This document shows positions 8,240-18,974 of a DNA stretch of 63,295 nt, piece after piece; positions within the stretch are counted from its first letter, which is position 1, and every line of letters begins with the position of its first letter. The position numbers were made by a program, and so were the translations under genes. Origin of the DNA: a virus (Duplodnaviria; Caudoviricetes); IMG/VR virus record IMGVR_UViG_3300032050_008197, positions 1-63,295 of that record; one strand, given 5' to 3'. The notes beneath the pieces are model-generated. The model ran no database searches, had not been told where the DNA came from, and saw nothing but the letters and a program-made list of their open reading frames with translations.

Positions 8240-10894
8240 TTACATAGTCCTTCTGTTTTGATCTTGATACCGGATTATTGACTTACTAAATATATCAGTA
8301 TTTTTATTTCCTCCATAAGTACCGGCATTAAACTGGAACTCGAAGTCAACAGAAGTTAATTCTTTCTGCTCTGCTGCTTCTTGCTCTAAAGGAGAATCCA
8401 TAGGAGTAGACTCTACAGGAAGAGGAGTTCTTCTCTTAATATCAAAATTAGGGCCAGGAGCTTTAGGTAATTCTCCGGCTACCTCTAATCCTTTCTGTCT
8501 GCCGGCCATAAGAATGTTAGCTGTGTCGAAAGCTCCTTCATCAAAAGCCATGTTAATCCCTTGCTGCATAGCTATCTGATCTACTTCTGATATACGGCCT
8601 GTAGCGAATTGCTGATTCATAAGAGCGTAAGCATCTTCTTTAGTTTGGATACCTTTCTTGAAAAAGAATCCTCTTACGTTATCTCTTACATAAGCAAAAT
8701 TCTCTTCTGTCATGTCTTGGCCGAATCCTACTTTACCTAGAGAAGCGTTAGCTAATTGGCCGGCTACTTGGTCAATAGAAGTTCCTTTTCCTCCAGCTAC
8801 TAATCGAGTTAGAGCCGAAGTCATCATACTTGCAGAGAAGTCCAGATCATTTGTGTAGTCTACATCATAAGCACTAAGAGGTCTTCCTACGTTATTAGGG
8901 TCTTTATCAGGGAACCTGAATTCATGCTGACCTCCCTTACCGTCAGTTCCTATATCAGCTAAAGAACCGTCACTCAGAGTAACCTTCCAGTTTCCATCAG
9001 TAATATCTTCGAATAATTTTCTTCCTTGATCTCTTCCTTGCTGTTCTTCTGATTTGCCTCCAGAGAATGTGTTGTAGACTCCTACTCCTGCACCTATTGC
9101 TCCTCCTATAGCTGTGCCGTAAGGACCAAAATAAGACCCTGCTGCTGCTCCAGATGCTCCTCCTTGAATTATACCTCTAGCTCCTTTACGGTCGTTTTTA
9201 ATGACATCGGCTAGTCCTATTACTCCAGCTATAGGTAGCGCAGCCCCTGCCCCGCCAGGAAGAGGAGCAGACCCTACAGCAGTAGCTCCTTCAGGTATTG
9301 CAGCCCCTTCCGCTATTATAGAGCCATCTGAAAGAAGAACTCCTGGTCCTCCGCCAGAACCCCCTAACATAGAACCTATCTGTCTTCCTGCAGATATAGC
9401 TTGACCTGGCTTTATCCCTTCTTCCTGCTTTGCCTGTTTCCTAGTCGTGTTACCAAACACAGATGCAGTCACCATTGAACTTAGTAAGTAAGGATCTTGC
9501 ATCACGCCCGACTGACCTAGCCCTGAAGCAAAGGAAGTTCCTCTGGAGTTAAGGGTATTACTGTTAGTAGGTAGCCATCCGTTAGCTACCTTAAAAGCTC
9601 CTGAGCCGGCTTTCCTGACTCCATCTGCAGCATTAAGACTTCTTATCTCGTTAGCTCCGTTAATCGTAGCAGAGGAGTAAGAGAGCCCTTTAGGTACCGC
9701 TATAACTTGTCCAGGCTTCTGTCCGGCTCCTATAACCTCGTATCCTTGAGGTAGCGCCTGTCCATCTCCAGTGATAGCTCCTATGCCGGCTGACGGAACT
9801 GCAGTGAATCCGGCTTGACCTAACTCAGCATCTGTTAGAGCTACAGAAGCTCCTCCTAATGCAGGATTACCTAGTAACCCTATCCTTTGTCCAGTTGCTG
9901 CCATCTGACTAGCAGTACCTTTTCCGTAAGTGAGTCTCTGTACTAGATCAATCTGATCCCAGTTCTTCTGCAGTCCAAATACATCTATTCCAGAGCCGGC
10001 TAAAGCTGTTGCGTCTCCCACAGAGAAAGCAGTTTTTCCGTTCTCATCTTTTATCAAAGCCCTAGAAGCTAAGTCACTTCCATCTTTAAATTTATAGCTA
10101 CTGAGAGCCATAGTAGAGAGTGCAAGACTCTTTTGAGAAGGAGATAATTTTTCTGAATTAGCTGCGTAGTTATAAGCTGCAAAAGCTAATCCGTATGCAC
10201 GTTTAGGATCAGAAGCTTCTCCTATGTTATCTAGAGCTGGTTGTCCTAGTTCTGTTAAAATTGTATTGACTGCGCCTTTCGTGTCTCCTTGAAGTTGAAG
10301 TCCTTCAATACGTCCCATGAAATTAGGGTCACTAGATATGTTAGTGAACTTAGCTAGCCTATCTGCATCTTCATCGTCATCTACTGCTCCTAGCTGCTGT
10401 AAGATACTTCCAAAATTATAGAGCCTATTCTTCCCTAATTCAAAATCATTAGAGTTTCGCATGTCATCGAAAGTGTATAGTGGCTTACCATCTACATCTG
10501 CTCCAAAGTCAGATATGCCTTGCTGTGGTTCTCTGAAGACACCGGCTGATCCTTTGATTGTGTTATCAAAATCAAATAAGAAATTCTGTACTTCAGGATC
10601 GTCTATCTTGTCTTTAAGTCCAGGAACACTGAACAGATTCTGGAAGTTTTGTATAATAGGATGATTAGGGGATTCGTCCCAATCAGCCATAAAATTAGTC
10701 TGCACTCCTGTATTTAAATCTAAACTTTGAGAAGGTCCTTGTGTTCCGTCTGGTCTAACAGCTAAGTCAGCAGTGACTAACGTATTTCCGTTATTCTTCA
10801 TGTACTCACTGTAGCTGGACAGGACACTTCTATTAGAAGGATCTTTAGACCCTAAAGGACTGATTTGTAAAAACGGTTTCTTTATAGCTTGCAT
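8240..10894 (-). CDS. Putative ejected/internal virion protein with glycine-zipper membrane segment
   Basis: 884 aa; GAAAGSYFGPYGTAIGGAIGAGVG; position within the ejection-protein cluster. Confidence 0.6.
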   Translation of the reverse strand: MQAIKKPFLQISPLGSKDPSNRSVLSSYSEYMKNNGNTLVTADLAVRPDGTQGPSQSLDLNTGVQTNFMADWDESPNHPIIQNFQNLFSVPGLKDKIDDPEVQNFLFDFDNTIKGSAGVFREPQQGISDFGADVDGKPLYTFDDMRNSNDFELGKNRLYNFGSILQQLGAVDDDEDADRLAKFTNISSDPNFMGRIEGLQLQGDTKGAVNTILTELGQPALDNIGEASDPKRAYGLAFAAYNYAANSEKLSPSQKSLALSTMALSSYKFKDGSDLASRALIKDENGKTAFSVGDATALAGSGIDVFGLQKNWDQIDLVQRLTYGKGTASQMAATGQRIGLLGNPALGGASVALTDAELGQAGFTAVPSAGIGAITGDGQALPQGYEVIGAGQKPGQVIAVPKGLSYSSATINGANEIRSLNAADGVRKAGSGAFKVANGWLPTNSNTLNSRGTSFASGLGQSGVMQDPYLLSSMVTASVFGNTTRKQAKQEEGIKPGQAISAGRQIGSMLGGSGGGPGVLLSDGSIIAEGAAIPEGATAVGSAPLPGGAGAALPIAGVIGLADVIKNDRKGARGIIQGGASGAAAGSYFGPYGTAIGGAIGAGVGVYNTFSGGKSEEQQGRDQGRKLFEDITDGNWKVTLSDGSLADIGTDGKGGQHEFRFPDKDPNNVGRPLSAYDVDYTNDLDFSASMMTSALTRLVAGGKGTSIDQVAGQLANASLGKVGFGQDMTEENFAYVRDNVRGFFFKKGIQTKEDAYALMNQQFATGRISEVDQIAMQQGINMAFDEGAFDTANILMAGRQKGLEVAGELPKAPGPNFDIKRRTPLPVESTPMDSPLEQEAAEQKELTSVDFEFQFNAGTYGGNKNTDIFSKSIIRYQDQNRRTM

Positions 10895-10904
10895 AATTCA
10901 GTAC

Positions 10905-12656
10905 TTAAAATAGATCTATTACACTAGATACAGTATTCACTATATTACCTATCCCGCTAATAATATCCGGTGCTCTGGATATTATATTACCTACTGCTGC
11001 ATAGTTTCCAGATTCTTGAGCTGTAGCTCTTTCTTCTCTGTATAATTCTAAAGCTGTCTGTTGCTGCTGAAGTTGGAATTGTCTGTCAGCAGCAGCTTCT
11101 GCTTTTTGCGCTTCTAATGCAGCAGCCTGAGCCTGTGCAGACATAGCAGCTCTTGCGTTAGCTGCAGCATTAGATGCAGCCGATTGAGCTGCTGAAGCTG
11201 CTCTAGATTTAGCATTCTCTCTAGCTGCAGCATCTTCTGCTTTTTGTCTCTGCTGATCTTGAAAGACTAAAGTTTTATTAGTCTTCTCAACTTCTAATTT
11301 AACAGCTCTATTAGTAGTTGCTACTTCTAAAGATCTGCCGGCGTTAGCGTTAGCAGCTTGAAAAGACCTATCAGCATTAGCAGTAGCTGTGTTTGTTTTT
11401 AACTCAGCATTAAATCTCCTCTCAGCAGATAAGATCTCTTTACTCGCCATCTGAGTTCTAATGGAGTTATCTGCATTAGTGCTAGATGCCTGAAGTTTGT
11501 TAGCTGCATTAATTGTATCTGCTTGCAATCTATTGCTTACGTTTGTAGTTTGAGCTTGCAGATCATTAGCTACGTTTGTTGTACTTGCATCTAAATTAAG
11601 TTTCGCTTGATTAAGATCTCTTTCTGATTGAGTAAGAAGGTTAGTTTTATTTGTATCCTGCTGAAGCTCTGCTTTAAACTGACCCTGCTGAGTCTTAGAA
11701 GCTAGAGCATCCTTAGCTGTGATCATCCCTTGATTAGCTTCTGAAGCTATCGCCATTGCAGCTTGGCCGGCTGATTGGCTAGGCATTACAGATATCTCTG
11801 AGCCGGCTGTTGAGTACTGAGTTGGAGCTACTAAGGTTTCTGTTCTATTAGCTATGTTGGAACTGAGAAGCTGATCACCATACTGGGATAAACCTATTCT
11901 CTGTTCAGCGGACATTAACTGTCCAGCTTTTGCTGCAGCAGAAGACCCTGCTCCGAATCCTCCGGTAGCTGCTCTATCTGCTGCTGCTGATTGAATACCT
12001 AATTCAAGTTGTCTGTCAGTAATAGAATCAGGAACTCTCCCTTCTGCATAGGCTCTTGCTCTGCCGGCTTGTCCTTCTAAGTCTCCCCTTATAGAAGGAT
12101 CTATAGATTCTAACTGTCTTAATCTTTCAGCAGTATTGAAAGTGTTATCTTTAGCAAGCTCTTGTCTCTTAAGGGTAGCAGCAGTAGGTGCATAATTCTG
12201 CAGTCCTTTAAGTTCAGTATCTAGAGCATCTAAAGCCAACTGAGAAGAGAGCTTGGCATTCTTGTCCATCTCAGATCTTGTGATATCTCCGTACTCTGCC
12301 TGTACGTCAGCAGGGTCTAACAGCTCATAATCGGCAGCCGTCATGAAGCGATTAGCTAGTGTGTCAGCACTTACATCTCTAGAAGTAACGGTACCTGTTC
12401 CTATCTGATCCGCTACTACTTGCTCAAAATCAAAATTAGGATCAGTAAAGTCTACCTGTGCAGGATCTACTTGATCTGCATTGATCATGAAATCAGATGC
12501 ATTAATGTCCTGTGGATCATTAATAAGAGGAATATCAGTCTTGATGGTAGGCTTAGACGAAACTAACGTAGTACTAGACGTAGGTTCCGGCTTAGGCGTC
12601 CTACCTGGTTTCTTAGGCTTCCCTGGTTTTTTATCTTGCTGTTTCTTAGTTGCCAT
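10905..12656 (-). CDS. Putative ejection/pilot protein (Ala/Gln/Asn-rich coiled coil with ~11-aa LQAxxxNxxN repeats)
   Basis: Repeats LDASTTNVAND, LQAQTTNVSNR, LQADTINAANK, LQASSTNADNS; position. Confidence 0.55.
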   Translation of the reverse strand: MATKKQQDKKPGKPKKPGRTPKPEPTSSTTLVSSKPTIKTDIPLINDPQDINASDFMINADQVDPAQVDFTDPNFDFEQVVADQIGTGTVTSRDVSADTLANRFMTAADYELLDPADVQAEYGDITRSEMDKNAKLSSQLALDALDTELKGLQNYAPTAATLKRQELAKDNTFNTAERLRQLESIDPSIRGDLEGQAGRARAYAEGRVPDSITDRQLELGIQSAAADRAATGGFGAGSSAAAKAGQLMSAEQRIGLSQYGDQLLSSNIANRTETLVAPTQYSTAGSEISVMPSQSAGQAAMAIASEANQGMITAKDALASKTQQGQFKAELQQDTNKTNLLTQSERDLNQAKLNLDASTTNVANDLQAQTTNVSNRLQADTINAANKLQASSTNADNSIRTQMASKEILSAERRFNAELKTNTATANADRSFQAANANAGRSLEVATTNRAVKLEVEKTNKTLVFQDQQRQKAEDAAARENAKSRAASAAQSAASNAAANARAAMSAQAQAAALEAQKAEAAADRQFQLQQQQTALELYREERATAQESGNYAAVGNIISRAPDIISGIGNIVNTVSSVIDLF

Positions 12657-13113
12657 CTTTAACTTCTTCTATAATCTCTTTCTTTGCAGCTTGCAGAGCT
12701 TCTGCCTGATTCTTTCCTGCTTCAAAGGAAGTAAGGCTAGCTTTTACTGAAGTGTTTGTAATCCATATCACTCCTAAAATAATAACTGCACAAAGAGTTC
12801 CGGTTACTAGAAAAAATACATTAGGTGTTATCCCTTTGTCTTTGTATAAGAATTGATTTGTTTGCTCTAGAGTAGTTTGACGTTCTTCGTATTTAACTTG
12901 ATGCTCTTCAAATTTAGATTGGCGTTCTTCTGATCTTGCGAATGTTTCAGCCATAGATCTAGCTGCTTCAGCTAGCATGTGATGTGATGCTGACATATCT
13001 AGCTGGCTAGTCTTAATGTCTTGCACATCCTTACTAATAGCAGAAATCTCTTTGCTGATAACTCCAGTTAGCATTTCTCTAACTAGCTCTGCTTCTGCTT
13101 CTCTCATCACCAC
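12646..13113 (-). CDS. Coiled-coil protein with one transmembrane helix (holin-like or membrane protein)
   Basis: TM segment VFFLVTGTLCAVIILGVIWI. Confidence 0.45.
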   Translation of the reverse strand: MVMREAEAELVREMLTGVISKEISAISKDVQDIKTSQLDMSASHHMLAEAARSMAETFARSEERQSKFEEHQVKYEERQTTLEQTNQFLYKDKGITPNVFFLVTGTLCAVIILGVIWITNTSVKASLTSFEAGKNQAEALQAAKKEIIEEVKDGN

Positions 13114-14099
13114 CTTCTCCCTCTTAATGCGTTCTTTGGAACAATTCCTCTGATAGTACCTCCAGAAGTATGATAAAAAACTTCAATAGCTTTTCCATTA
13201 TTTAAATTCTTATGGGTAGCTCCTCTCTCTACTAGCTTCTGTAAAAATATGTCATTAGCTTGCGCCAACTCTGGCTGGCTAGTTGCTTGAGCTTTTGCCT
13301 GTTGACCGGCCACTTCCACAGTATAAAGAGTGTCAAAAGGAATACGATCATTTTCTGCGTACTTTTCTTTTAAACGAGTTCTACCTATGATTGATATTTT
13401 AGCGTATTCAGGACAGTTAGGGATATTTAATTTAAATCGTCTGTAGCTAGGAGCTTCTTCTACCGGAGAATAATCAGATAAGAATCCTTGCATACCAGAT
13501 CGATCTCTCCAGTATGCAGTTACGTATCCATTAGTAGGTGTCTTCTTAAAGCCTGATAGCTTACTGAAAAATACATTGCTCCAAGTTATAGTGTTGCATT
13601 TAATATCCAGATATTCTCCAGATATAGGACTCCCCTGGTGCTGTGTGTATATCTCTCTTCCTGTAATATCTGAGCCGGAGAATATTGCGTGAGCATCTAC
13701 ATCCTCTTTCAGATTTCCTTTCACTCCTATCTGAAACTCTGAAGGTCCATCATACACAGTGAAAAAAGTATTAGGGTTTTCTATTAAAAGATTAGCGCAC
13801 TCTAAGTAATTGTCGCAGTTATCCGGCCTGGAACGGAAGTCAAACCATCTGTCCATTACTCCACCTACACTGCCATTAATCATGACCTTCAGAGGGACTT
13901 CTAGTTCATAAGGAAGAGTGAGCTGCCCTTTATGAGCACAGAGATCAAAAAGCATTTCAGCTCCAGGGGATCCGGTGATTAAAACGTATTGAAGTATTTT
14001 CCAGGTGAATTCATCTAGCTCTTTTGAATTAAAAGCTTTACCACTGGCTCCGCAGTAGGGCTGTAATATGCGCTTGGCTTTGCCAAATGTAATACTCAT
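13107..14099 (-). CDS. Putative head-tail adaptor / tail tubular protein A-like
   Basis: 330 aa in the virion operon; called from size and position only. Confidence 0.4.
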   Translation of the reverse strand: MSITFGKAKRILQPYCGASGKAFNSKELDEFTWKILQYVLITGSPGAEMLFDLCAHKGQLTLPYELEVPLKVMINGSVGGVMDRWFDFRSRPDNCDNYLECANLLIENPNTFFTVYDGPSEFQIGVKGNLKEDVDAHAIFSGSDITGREIYTQHQGSPISGEYLDIKCNTITWSNVFFSKLSGFKKTPTNGYVTAYWRDRSGMQGFLSDYSPVEEAPSYRRFKLNIPNCPEYAKISIIGRTRLKEKYAENDRIPFDTLYTVEVAGQQAKAQATSQPELAQANDIFLQKLVERGATHKNLNNGKAIEVFYHTSGGTIRGIVPKNALRGRRW

Positions 14100-14159
14100 G
14101 GTGTAGCTAACAAAAATAAAACTTATTTTTGCCAGCCCTGCTTTCCTGGCTACAGGGAT

Positions 14160-14435
14160 TTATTTGGACTGTTCCTTCTTCTCTCTAGCTAATCTCTTCT
14201 TAGATTTAATTATGCCAGAAGCAGGAATATCATCAGATAGTTCTTTATTCTTTTCAGCTATCTTTTTAATTGCAGCAGATGTTTTGCTTACTTTAAGTTC
14301 TTGACCTTGGGCTTCACGAGCTAATCTTTTTTCAGATTTAGTTACACCTGCTGAGGTACCTCGTGACATTCGAACACCTTTATTGCGAAGGGATGCGAAA
14401 GATTTATGACCACCGCCACAACTTCCGCATCCCAT
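14160..14435 (-). CDS. Small basic protein with N-terminal CGSCGG and duplicated KS[EK]KRLARE
   Basis: AGGA upstream; internal 9-aa repeat. Confidence 0.6.
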   Translation of the reverse strand: MGCGSCGGGHKSFASLRNKGVRMSRGTSAGVTKSEKRLAREAQGQELKVSKTSAAIKKIAEKNKELSDDIPASGIIKSKKRLAREKKEQSK

Positions 14436-14446
14436 CTTTTATCCTA

Positions 14447-14698
14447 TTAAACAGCAGCCGAGAAAGGGCCGTTACAGCTTGAAGCATCTTTACGGAATAC
14501 GTTCGGCATTGGGATACCGTTGTATGGAGTAGAGCGCTTCTGAACAATCTCAGAGTTAGTGAAGATCTGTTGAAGTCCGTTAGCATACCAGTGTCCGTAC
14601 TGGTAAAACGGAAGGGCAAAACCTGCATTAGGGCCAGCATCTCCTTCTGGAGTCTGAGGTTGATAAATGAGATTAGGGTTATAGATTGATAAAGACAT
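14447..14698 (-). CDS. Hypothetical protein
   Basis: AAAGGA SD upstream of the ATG; operon-consistent. Confidence 0.55.
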   Translation of the reverse strand: MSLSIYNPNLIYQPQTPEGDAGPNAGFALPFYQYGHWYANGLQQIFTNSEIVQKRSTPYNGIPMPNVFRKDASSCNGPFSAAV

Positions 14699-14729
14699 AT
14701 ATTTCCTTTAGTAAGTTATAGCCTTAAAT

Positions 14730-14921
14730 TTATTTACGTCCACCATGAGGATCAGTTGGAGTCGGATGCGATACTTTTGGACCGTAACCAAACTCACCAA
14801 TCATTGCTCCTGCTCTCACAGTTACGATTTTAAAAGGGCTAGGCTTACTGAACGTCTTAGTTACAGTGCCTTTAAAAGCGCTTTTATACTTAGAGATATT
14901 TGCTGATTCGTTAGCTGCCAT
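14730..14921 (-). CDS. Hypothetical protein (start MAANES)
   Basis: AAAGGA SD before the ATG at 14921. Confidence 0.5.
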   Translation of the reverse strand: MAANESANISKYKSAFKGTVTKTFSKPSPFKIVTVRAGAMIGEFGYGPKVSHPTPTDPHGGRK

Positions 14922-14969
14922 AAAGTAATCCTTTATTAGAGTCAAGATACGTATTACTTATAATTAACA

Positions 14970-15404
14970 TTAAAGTCCTACGTATACAACATCAAAAATA
15001 ACGTAGAAGCTGAGAGTAGGATCTTGTAACCATTGACCTTGTAAGTGCGTCACCATAGCTGCTGTGAAGCCTGGAGTGGTATTAGTTATCAAAGCATAAC
15101 CGGCTGGTATATCAGTAGAATCTCCGTACATTCTATATACTCCATTAGGCACTGGAAACATCTGTCTCCATGCAGATTGGATGTATATGAACACTCCTAC
15201 GAAGTTTCCTGAAGGAGAGAGTTTAAACCAGATAGTTGTTGTATCTGCAGGTTGATCTACCGATACAGATACGTTAGTCACCTGAGAAGCATTGAATTCT
15301 ATCTTGCCGGTCTTCTGTATAAACTTGATAAGATCGGTAATATTACTGATGCAAAAATCGTTAGGAACATCAACAAACTTGATAGCTCCAGTTATGGTTG
15401 TCAT
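14970..15404 (-). CDS. Putative tail structural protein
   Basis: ATGA-coupled to the upstream gene; beta-rich composition. Confidence 0.55.
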   Translation of the reverse strand: MTTITGAIKFVDVPNDFCISNITDLIKFIQKTGKIEFNASQVTNVSVSVDQPADTTTIWFKLSPSGNFVGVFIYIQSAWRQMFPVPNGVYRMYGDSTDIPAGYALITNTTPGFTAAMVTHLQGQWLQDPTLSFYVIFDVVYVGL

Positions 15405-17245
15405 AGTCCAAACTCCTTATATTCCCAGTCTCCGGTGAGTTCTTTAAAGGCTTCTACTTCGGTAGGTTGTTCCTGCGTAGCTCCTTTATTTAGCTCTGGA
15501 TCTTCTAAGCTACCAAAAACAGCGTACTCGTTTAACTGCCAAGAATCTCCCTCTAACTCTATCCTAAACTGTACCCTTCTTATAGTTTCGTAAAGGTCTT
15601 GATTTACAGGATTACTGCTGTCCCTGATATCCGGTCTAGGTAAATTCAGCTCTTTTAAAGCTACTGAAGTGCGCTGTCTTACATCCTGGTCACACCACTG
15701 CTCATACCCTAACAAAGCATCTAACTGGTAATTTCCCCAAGGAATAAAGTTAGGGGCATCTGAAGGTTTATACTTGACATCAAGTTTAAACTTACCACTA
15801 ATATCTGTGACGTTTGATTCTAAGCGAGTAAGTTGCTTATCCTGAAACAAGTTCTTAACAAAGTAGTCTCTAGAGTAGATGACACTCTTAATAGGTCTAC
15901 GGTACCCTTCATCTGTTCTGTCTATAGAGGAGTCAGGAGTGACTTCGTATATCTGATTAGTGCTAGAATCTTTTGAGATAATGAACATCCGGTTATCATT
16001 TACTATCATGTCCATTGGCTTAACACCGGTCCATAAGCCGTCCCATCCAGGAGGAAACTCAGAGGATAACCCCTGACCTCTCGATACGTTAGACATATCT
16101 AGAACTACTAATCCAGAATGATAGACATCTAGTATGTCAGATCCGTCTAATCTAGACGCTACTGATCTTGTAGGTCTTACAGTCCAGAATATTTTATTAT
16201 TAAAATAACACAGGCGAGTAAACTGAATAAGTTCTTTATCATAGTACTGTACCCAATTCTCTACAGGTAAAGACATTGGAGTTCTTGCCCATTTTCTTTG
16301 CTCATCTCTAGCTGCGGATAATCCTCTAAGTGCTCCGTCTTTTGATATAAAAAACAAATCAGAGTTGACATTAACTTGAGCACGTTGATCTACTATGCCG
16401 GCTTCATAGGATAAGCAGGTTCCGAATTGTCCTATATCTTTCCAGTCAGACCTAGGTTTCGTGGTATCAAAACTATAAATCTGCTCCTGAGTAGCAGCTA
16501 TAAAAACACCTATACCGGTGGAAGTGTCTACAGCTTGTAAGGTTGTTAATGCTGTAATTGGATCATCATAGTTAGAAGGAACTTTATATATTTCTCCAAC
16601 GAACGGACCACCGGCTGATATCTCATCAATAGTTATAGGAGCTAATGGAGCTGTTAAACTGCCGGCTGGATCTCCTCCTGTCCACTCGTTAGATGTGTTA
16701 GAAAACAGTGCTCTGTTTTGATTGTATGTACCTAAGTTAAGAACTGGAAGCTCATTAAGAGCTGCACTGGACCGTCTAGCTACTCCATTTTCTATAATCA
16801 CTGGCCGGTTAGGAAAGTCTGCAAAGACTACGTACTTAGCTGCAACGAAAGCGTTGATTCTTTTAGCGTACTGATTAAGTTGAGTATCTAGGTTTAATGT
16901 GAGGACTCGGACACTAAAGTCACTCTGGTCTATCATGAAGATGGTACCGTTAATCACTACTAGCTGGTAGTACCGGCTCCCTATTCTGTACGGTACGTAT
17001 GCTTGAAAAAGCCCTCCATAGAATATGTCACTAAAGTTAGCTAGCTTATTAAATGCGTAAGAGTATCCACCTCTTTGCATTGTGAGCTTCTTTCTACACA
17101 GTCCGTATCTTGGCCTTATGACTCCTTTAGAGGTTGATACGTTTATTCCAGCTACAAATTTATTAGGCTCAAGACGTGTAGAAGGAAGAGATACATCTTG
17201 CCCTCCTTCAAAAGAAACCTGAATGTCGTAATCAAAGGCTGGCAT
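15401..17245 (-). CDS. Tail tubular protein B / DNA stabilisation (nozzle) protein
   Basis: 614 aa, beta-propeller-like, N-terminal F-x-GG-x-D...NV...G...RYG pattern typical of podovirus nozzle proteins; position. Confidence 0.6.
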   Translation of the reverse strand: MPAFDYDIQVSFEGGQDVSLPSTRLEPNKFVAGINVSTSKGVIRPRYGLCRKKLTMQRGGYSYAFNKLANFSDIFYGGLFQAYVPYRIGSRYYQLVVINGTIFMIDQSDFSVRVLTLNLDTQLNQYAKRINAFVAAKYVVFADFPNRPVIIENGVARRSSAALNELPVLNLGTYNQNRALFSNTSNEWTGGDPAGSLTAPLAPITIDEISAGGPFVGEIYKVPSNYDDPITALTTLQAVDTSTGIGVFIAATQEQIYSFDTTKPRSDWKDIGQFGTCLSYEAGIVDQRAQVNVNSDLFFISKDGALRGLSAARDEQRKWARTPMSLPVENWVQYYDKELIQFTRLCYFNNKIFWTVRPTRSVASRLDGSDILDVYHSGLVVLDMSNVSRGQGLSSEFPPGWDGLWTGVKPMDMIVNDNRMFIISKDSSTNQIYEVTPDSSIDRTDEGYRRPIKSVIYSRDYFVKNLFQDKQLTRLESNVTDISGKFKLDVKYKPSDAPNFIPWGNYQLDALLGYEQWCDQDVRQRTSVALKELNLPRPDIRDSSNPVNQDLYETIRRVQFRIELEGDSWQLNEYAVFGSLEDPELNKGATQEQPTEVEAFKELTGDWEYKEFGL

Positions 17246-17246
17246 C

Positions 17247-18974
17247 CTAGTTTATAAAGTAATCGTATTTATATCTGCACTGCTTACTACCTGAATTAGT
17301 CCAATTAGCTACTGCTGCATCTCCATCCTTAAATAAAGACATATAATGCAGTCCTGAAGTAGCAATCACCATTCCTACAGTATCTAAGTCTACTCCGTTA
17401 TCTACGTTAATTCCTGTTGTTCCTACTAATCCAGCAGATGCTGCAGCTACTCTGGTAGGGGCATCAAGAGTAATAAAAGTAGCATTACTTGTACCTACTA
17501 AACGGCCCTGAACATGTACTTTACCTTCACAACAAGTATAGACCGCAGTGTTAGTTGTTACAGCAGAAAACCCTAATACATTGAGAGGAGTATAATTAAA
17601 GTAATCAGGAAAGTCTGGAGGAGTTTCGTAAGATATCTGAATATCCGTGATAGCTAAATTAGCTATCGTATAATCTGTGTTAACTATTACGTTGATGCTA
17701 GTGAATCCTGGATTAGTTACGTTGTAATCGAAGTAGCTTATATTTCCGTAAAATTCTCCTGGATTAAAGAACTTTAGTTTCTGCCCTAATCTTAAATAAC
17801 TACTTACATCTCCAGCTATTTGAAAACTACTGACAGAAACATATGTCCCTGAGTCTGCTAAGTCTATCCATCCGGTATCAACTTCTATTCTAAGCTGTGT
17901 TACATCGGTCTGAAGCTCAATTACTGTATCAGAAGTTAGCTGTAAACATACTGCACTTCCGCTAGCATAGTTTACGTTTACTCCTGGATTACCGATAGTA
18001 CATGTAACATCTAATTCTCCAGGAGTTGTGTTATCTGTTACTTCCCATCTTAACGCAGTGAAATTGATTTGAAGTATATCCCCTATATTAAATACAGATT
18101 CGTCATCTACATCTATAGTATATGTAGGATCAGCAGATGTAATAGTCATCTGAGCTGTTAATGCTGTGCATGTCCTGATCCCAACATCCATTAACTGAAA
18201 AGCTACTTCGTCTGTAGTAGCGTCTTGCAGTACAAGCATTGAACCGGCATAAACTCCTTCCAGGATATGCTCATCTGCTCCATCACAAACTACTATTCTG
18301 CCTTCTGTTACAGTTGTAGCTGAACAAGCAGTGATAATGATAGTAGTGATTAAGTATTGGAAATCTCCGTTAGCGTCTTTTGCTTCTACTGTAGTTCCAG
18401 GTGTAACGCCGGCTCCTTCGTTAGTGATTACTATCTCAAGAGAGGAGTTGATCTGATCTAGATAATATACTCCTGTACCTATTCTTATGTTAGTATCTGC
18501 AACTAATCCGAAAGTACTAGTTACTTGAATAGTCCTGGAACCGCTTACAGCAGGAGCTTCAAAGTTCTCTGCAAGAAAAGGAAATAAAGAAAAGTTATCC
18601 TGATCAGCACAGCAAGGTCTAGATGATGGAACAAAAGCTGTACACTCTGGGACAACTGTGCCGGCTGCTGCGGTCCCGTCTAATCCTTCATTTAACAGTC
18701 CTGCCTTTTTAGAGCATCCATCCCAATAAACTATTTTTAAAGACCCGTAAGCCGGATGCCAGAGATAAGAATTAACAACTACGTCTGTTACATTTTTAAG
18801 GTATACTTGAATATCAGAACCAACAGCAGGAATTAAGAATTCTTCCTTCACCACTACGCCGGCTGCGTATCTGGTGTCATTGAATATGGATGCGTGATCT
18901 TGTACAGTCTCATCACTTACGCTTTCGTAGTAAGGAGTTTGACCAGAGTTACCGCAAGTGATGCACTTTTTCAT
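17247..18974 (-). CDS. Tail fibre/spike protein (modular, Cys-containing)
   Basis: Thr/Val/Asp-rich; repeated F-x-x-PAV domains; C-terminal receptor-binding-like domain. Confidence 0.65.
   Translation of the reverse strand: MKKCITCGNSGQTPYYESVSDETVQDHASIFNDTRYAAGVVVKEEFLIPAVGSDIQVYLKNVTDVVVNSYLWHPAYGSLKIVYWDGCSKKAGLLNEGLDGTAAAGTVVPECTAFVPSSRPCCADQDNFSLFPFLAENFEAPAVSGSRTIQVTSTFGLVADTNIRIGTGVYYLDQINSSLEIVITNEGAGVTPGTTVEAKDANGDFQYLITTIIITACSATTVTEGRIVVCDGADEHILEGVYAGSMLVLQDATTDEVAFQLMDVGIRTCTALTAQMTITSADPTYTIDVDDESVFNIGDILQINFTALRWEVTDNTTPGELDVTCTIGNPGVNVNYASGSAVCLQLTSDTVIELQTDVTQLRIEVDTGWIDLADSGTYVSVSSFQIAGDVSSYLRLGQKLKFFNPGEFYGNISYFDYNVTNPGFTSINVIVNTDYTIANLAITDIQISYETPPDFPDYFNYTPLNVLGFSAVTTNTAVYTCCEGKVHVQGRLVGTSNATFITLDAPTRVAAASAGLVGTTGINVDNGVDLDTVGMVIATSGLHYMSLFKDGDAAVANWTNSGSKQCRYKYDYFIN

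Noticed and set aside
1259-12750. Many plus-strand ORFs opposite the large virion genes
   Set aside because: Antisense shadows with Ser/Leu/Pro-rich, motif-free translations and no ribosome-binding sites.
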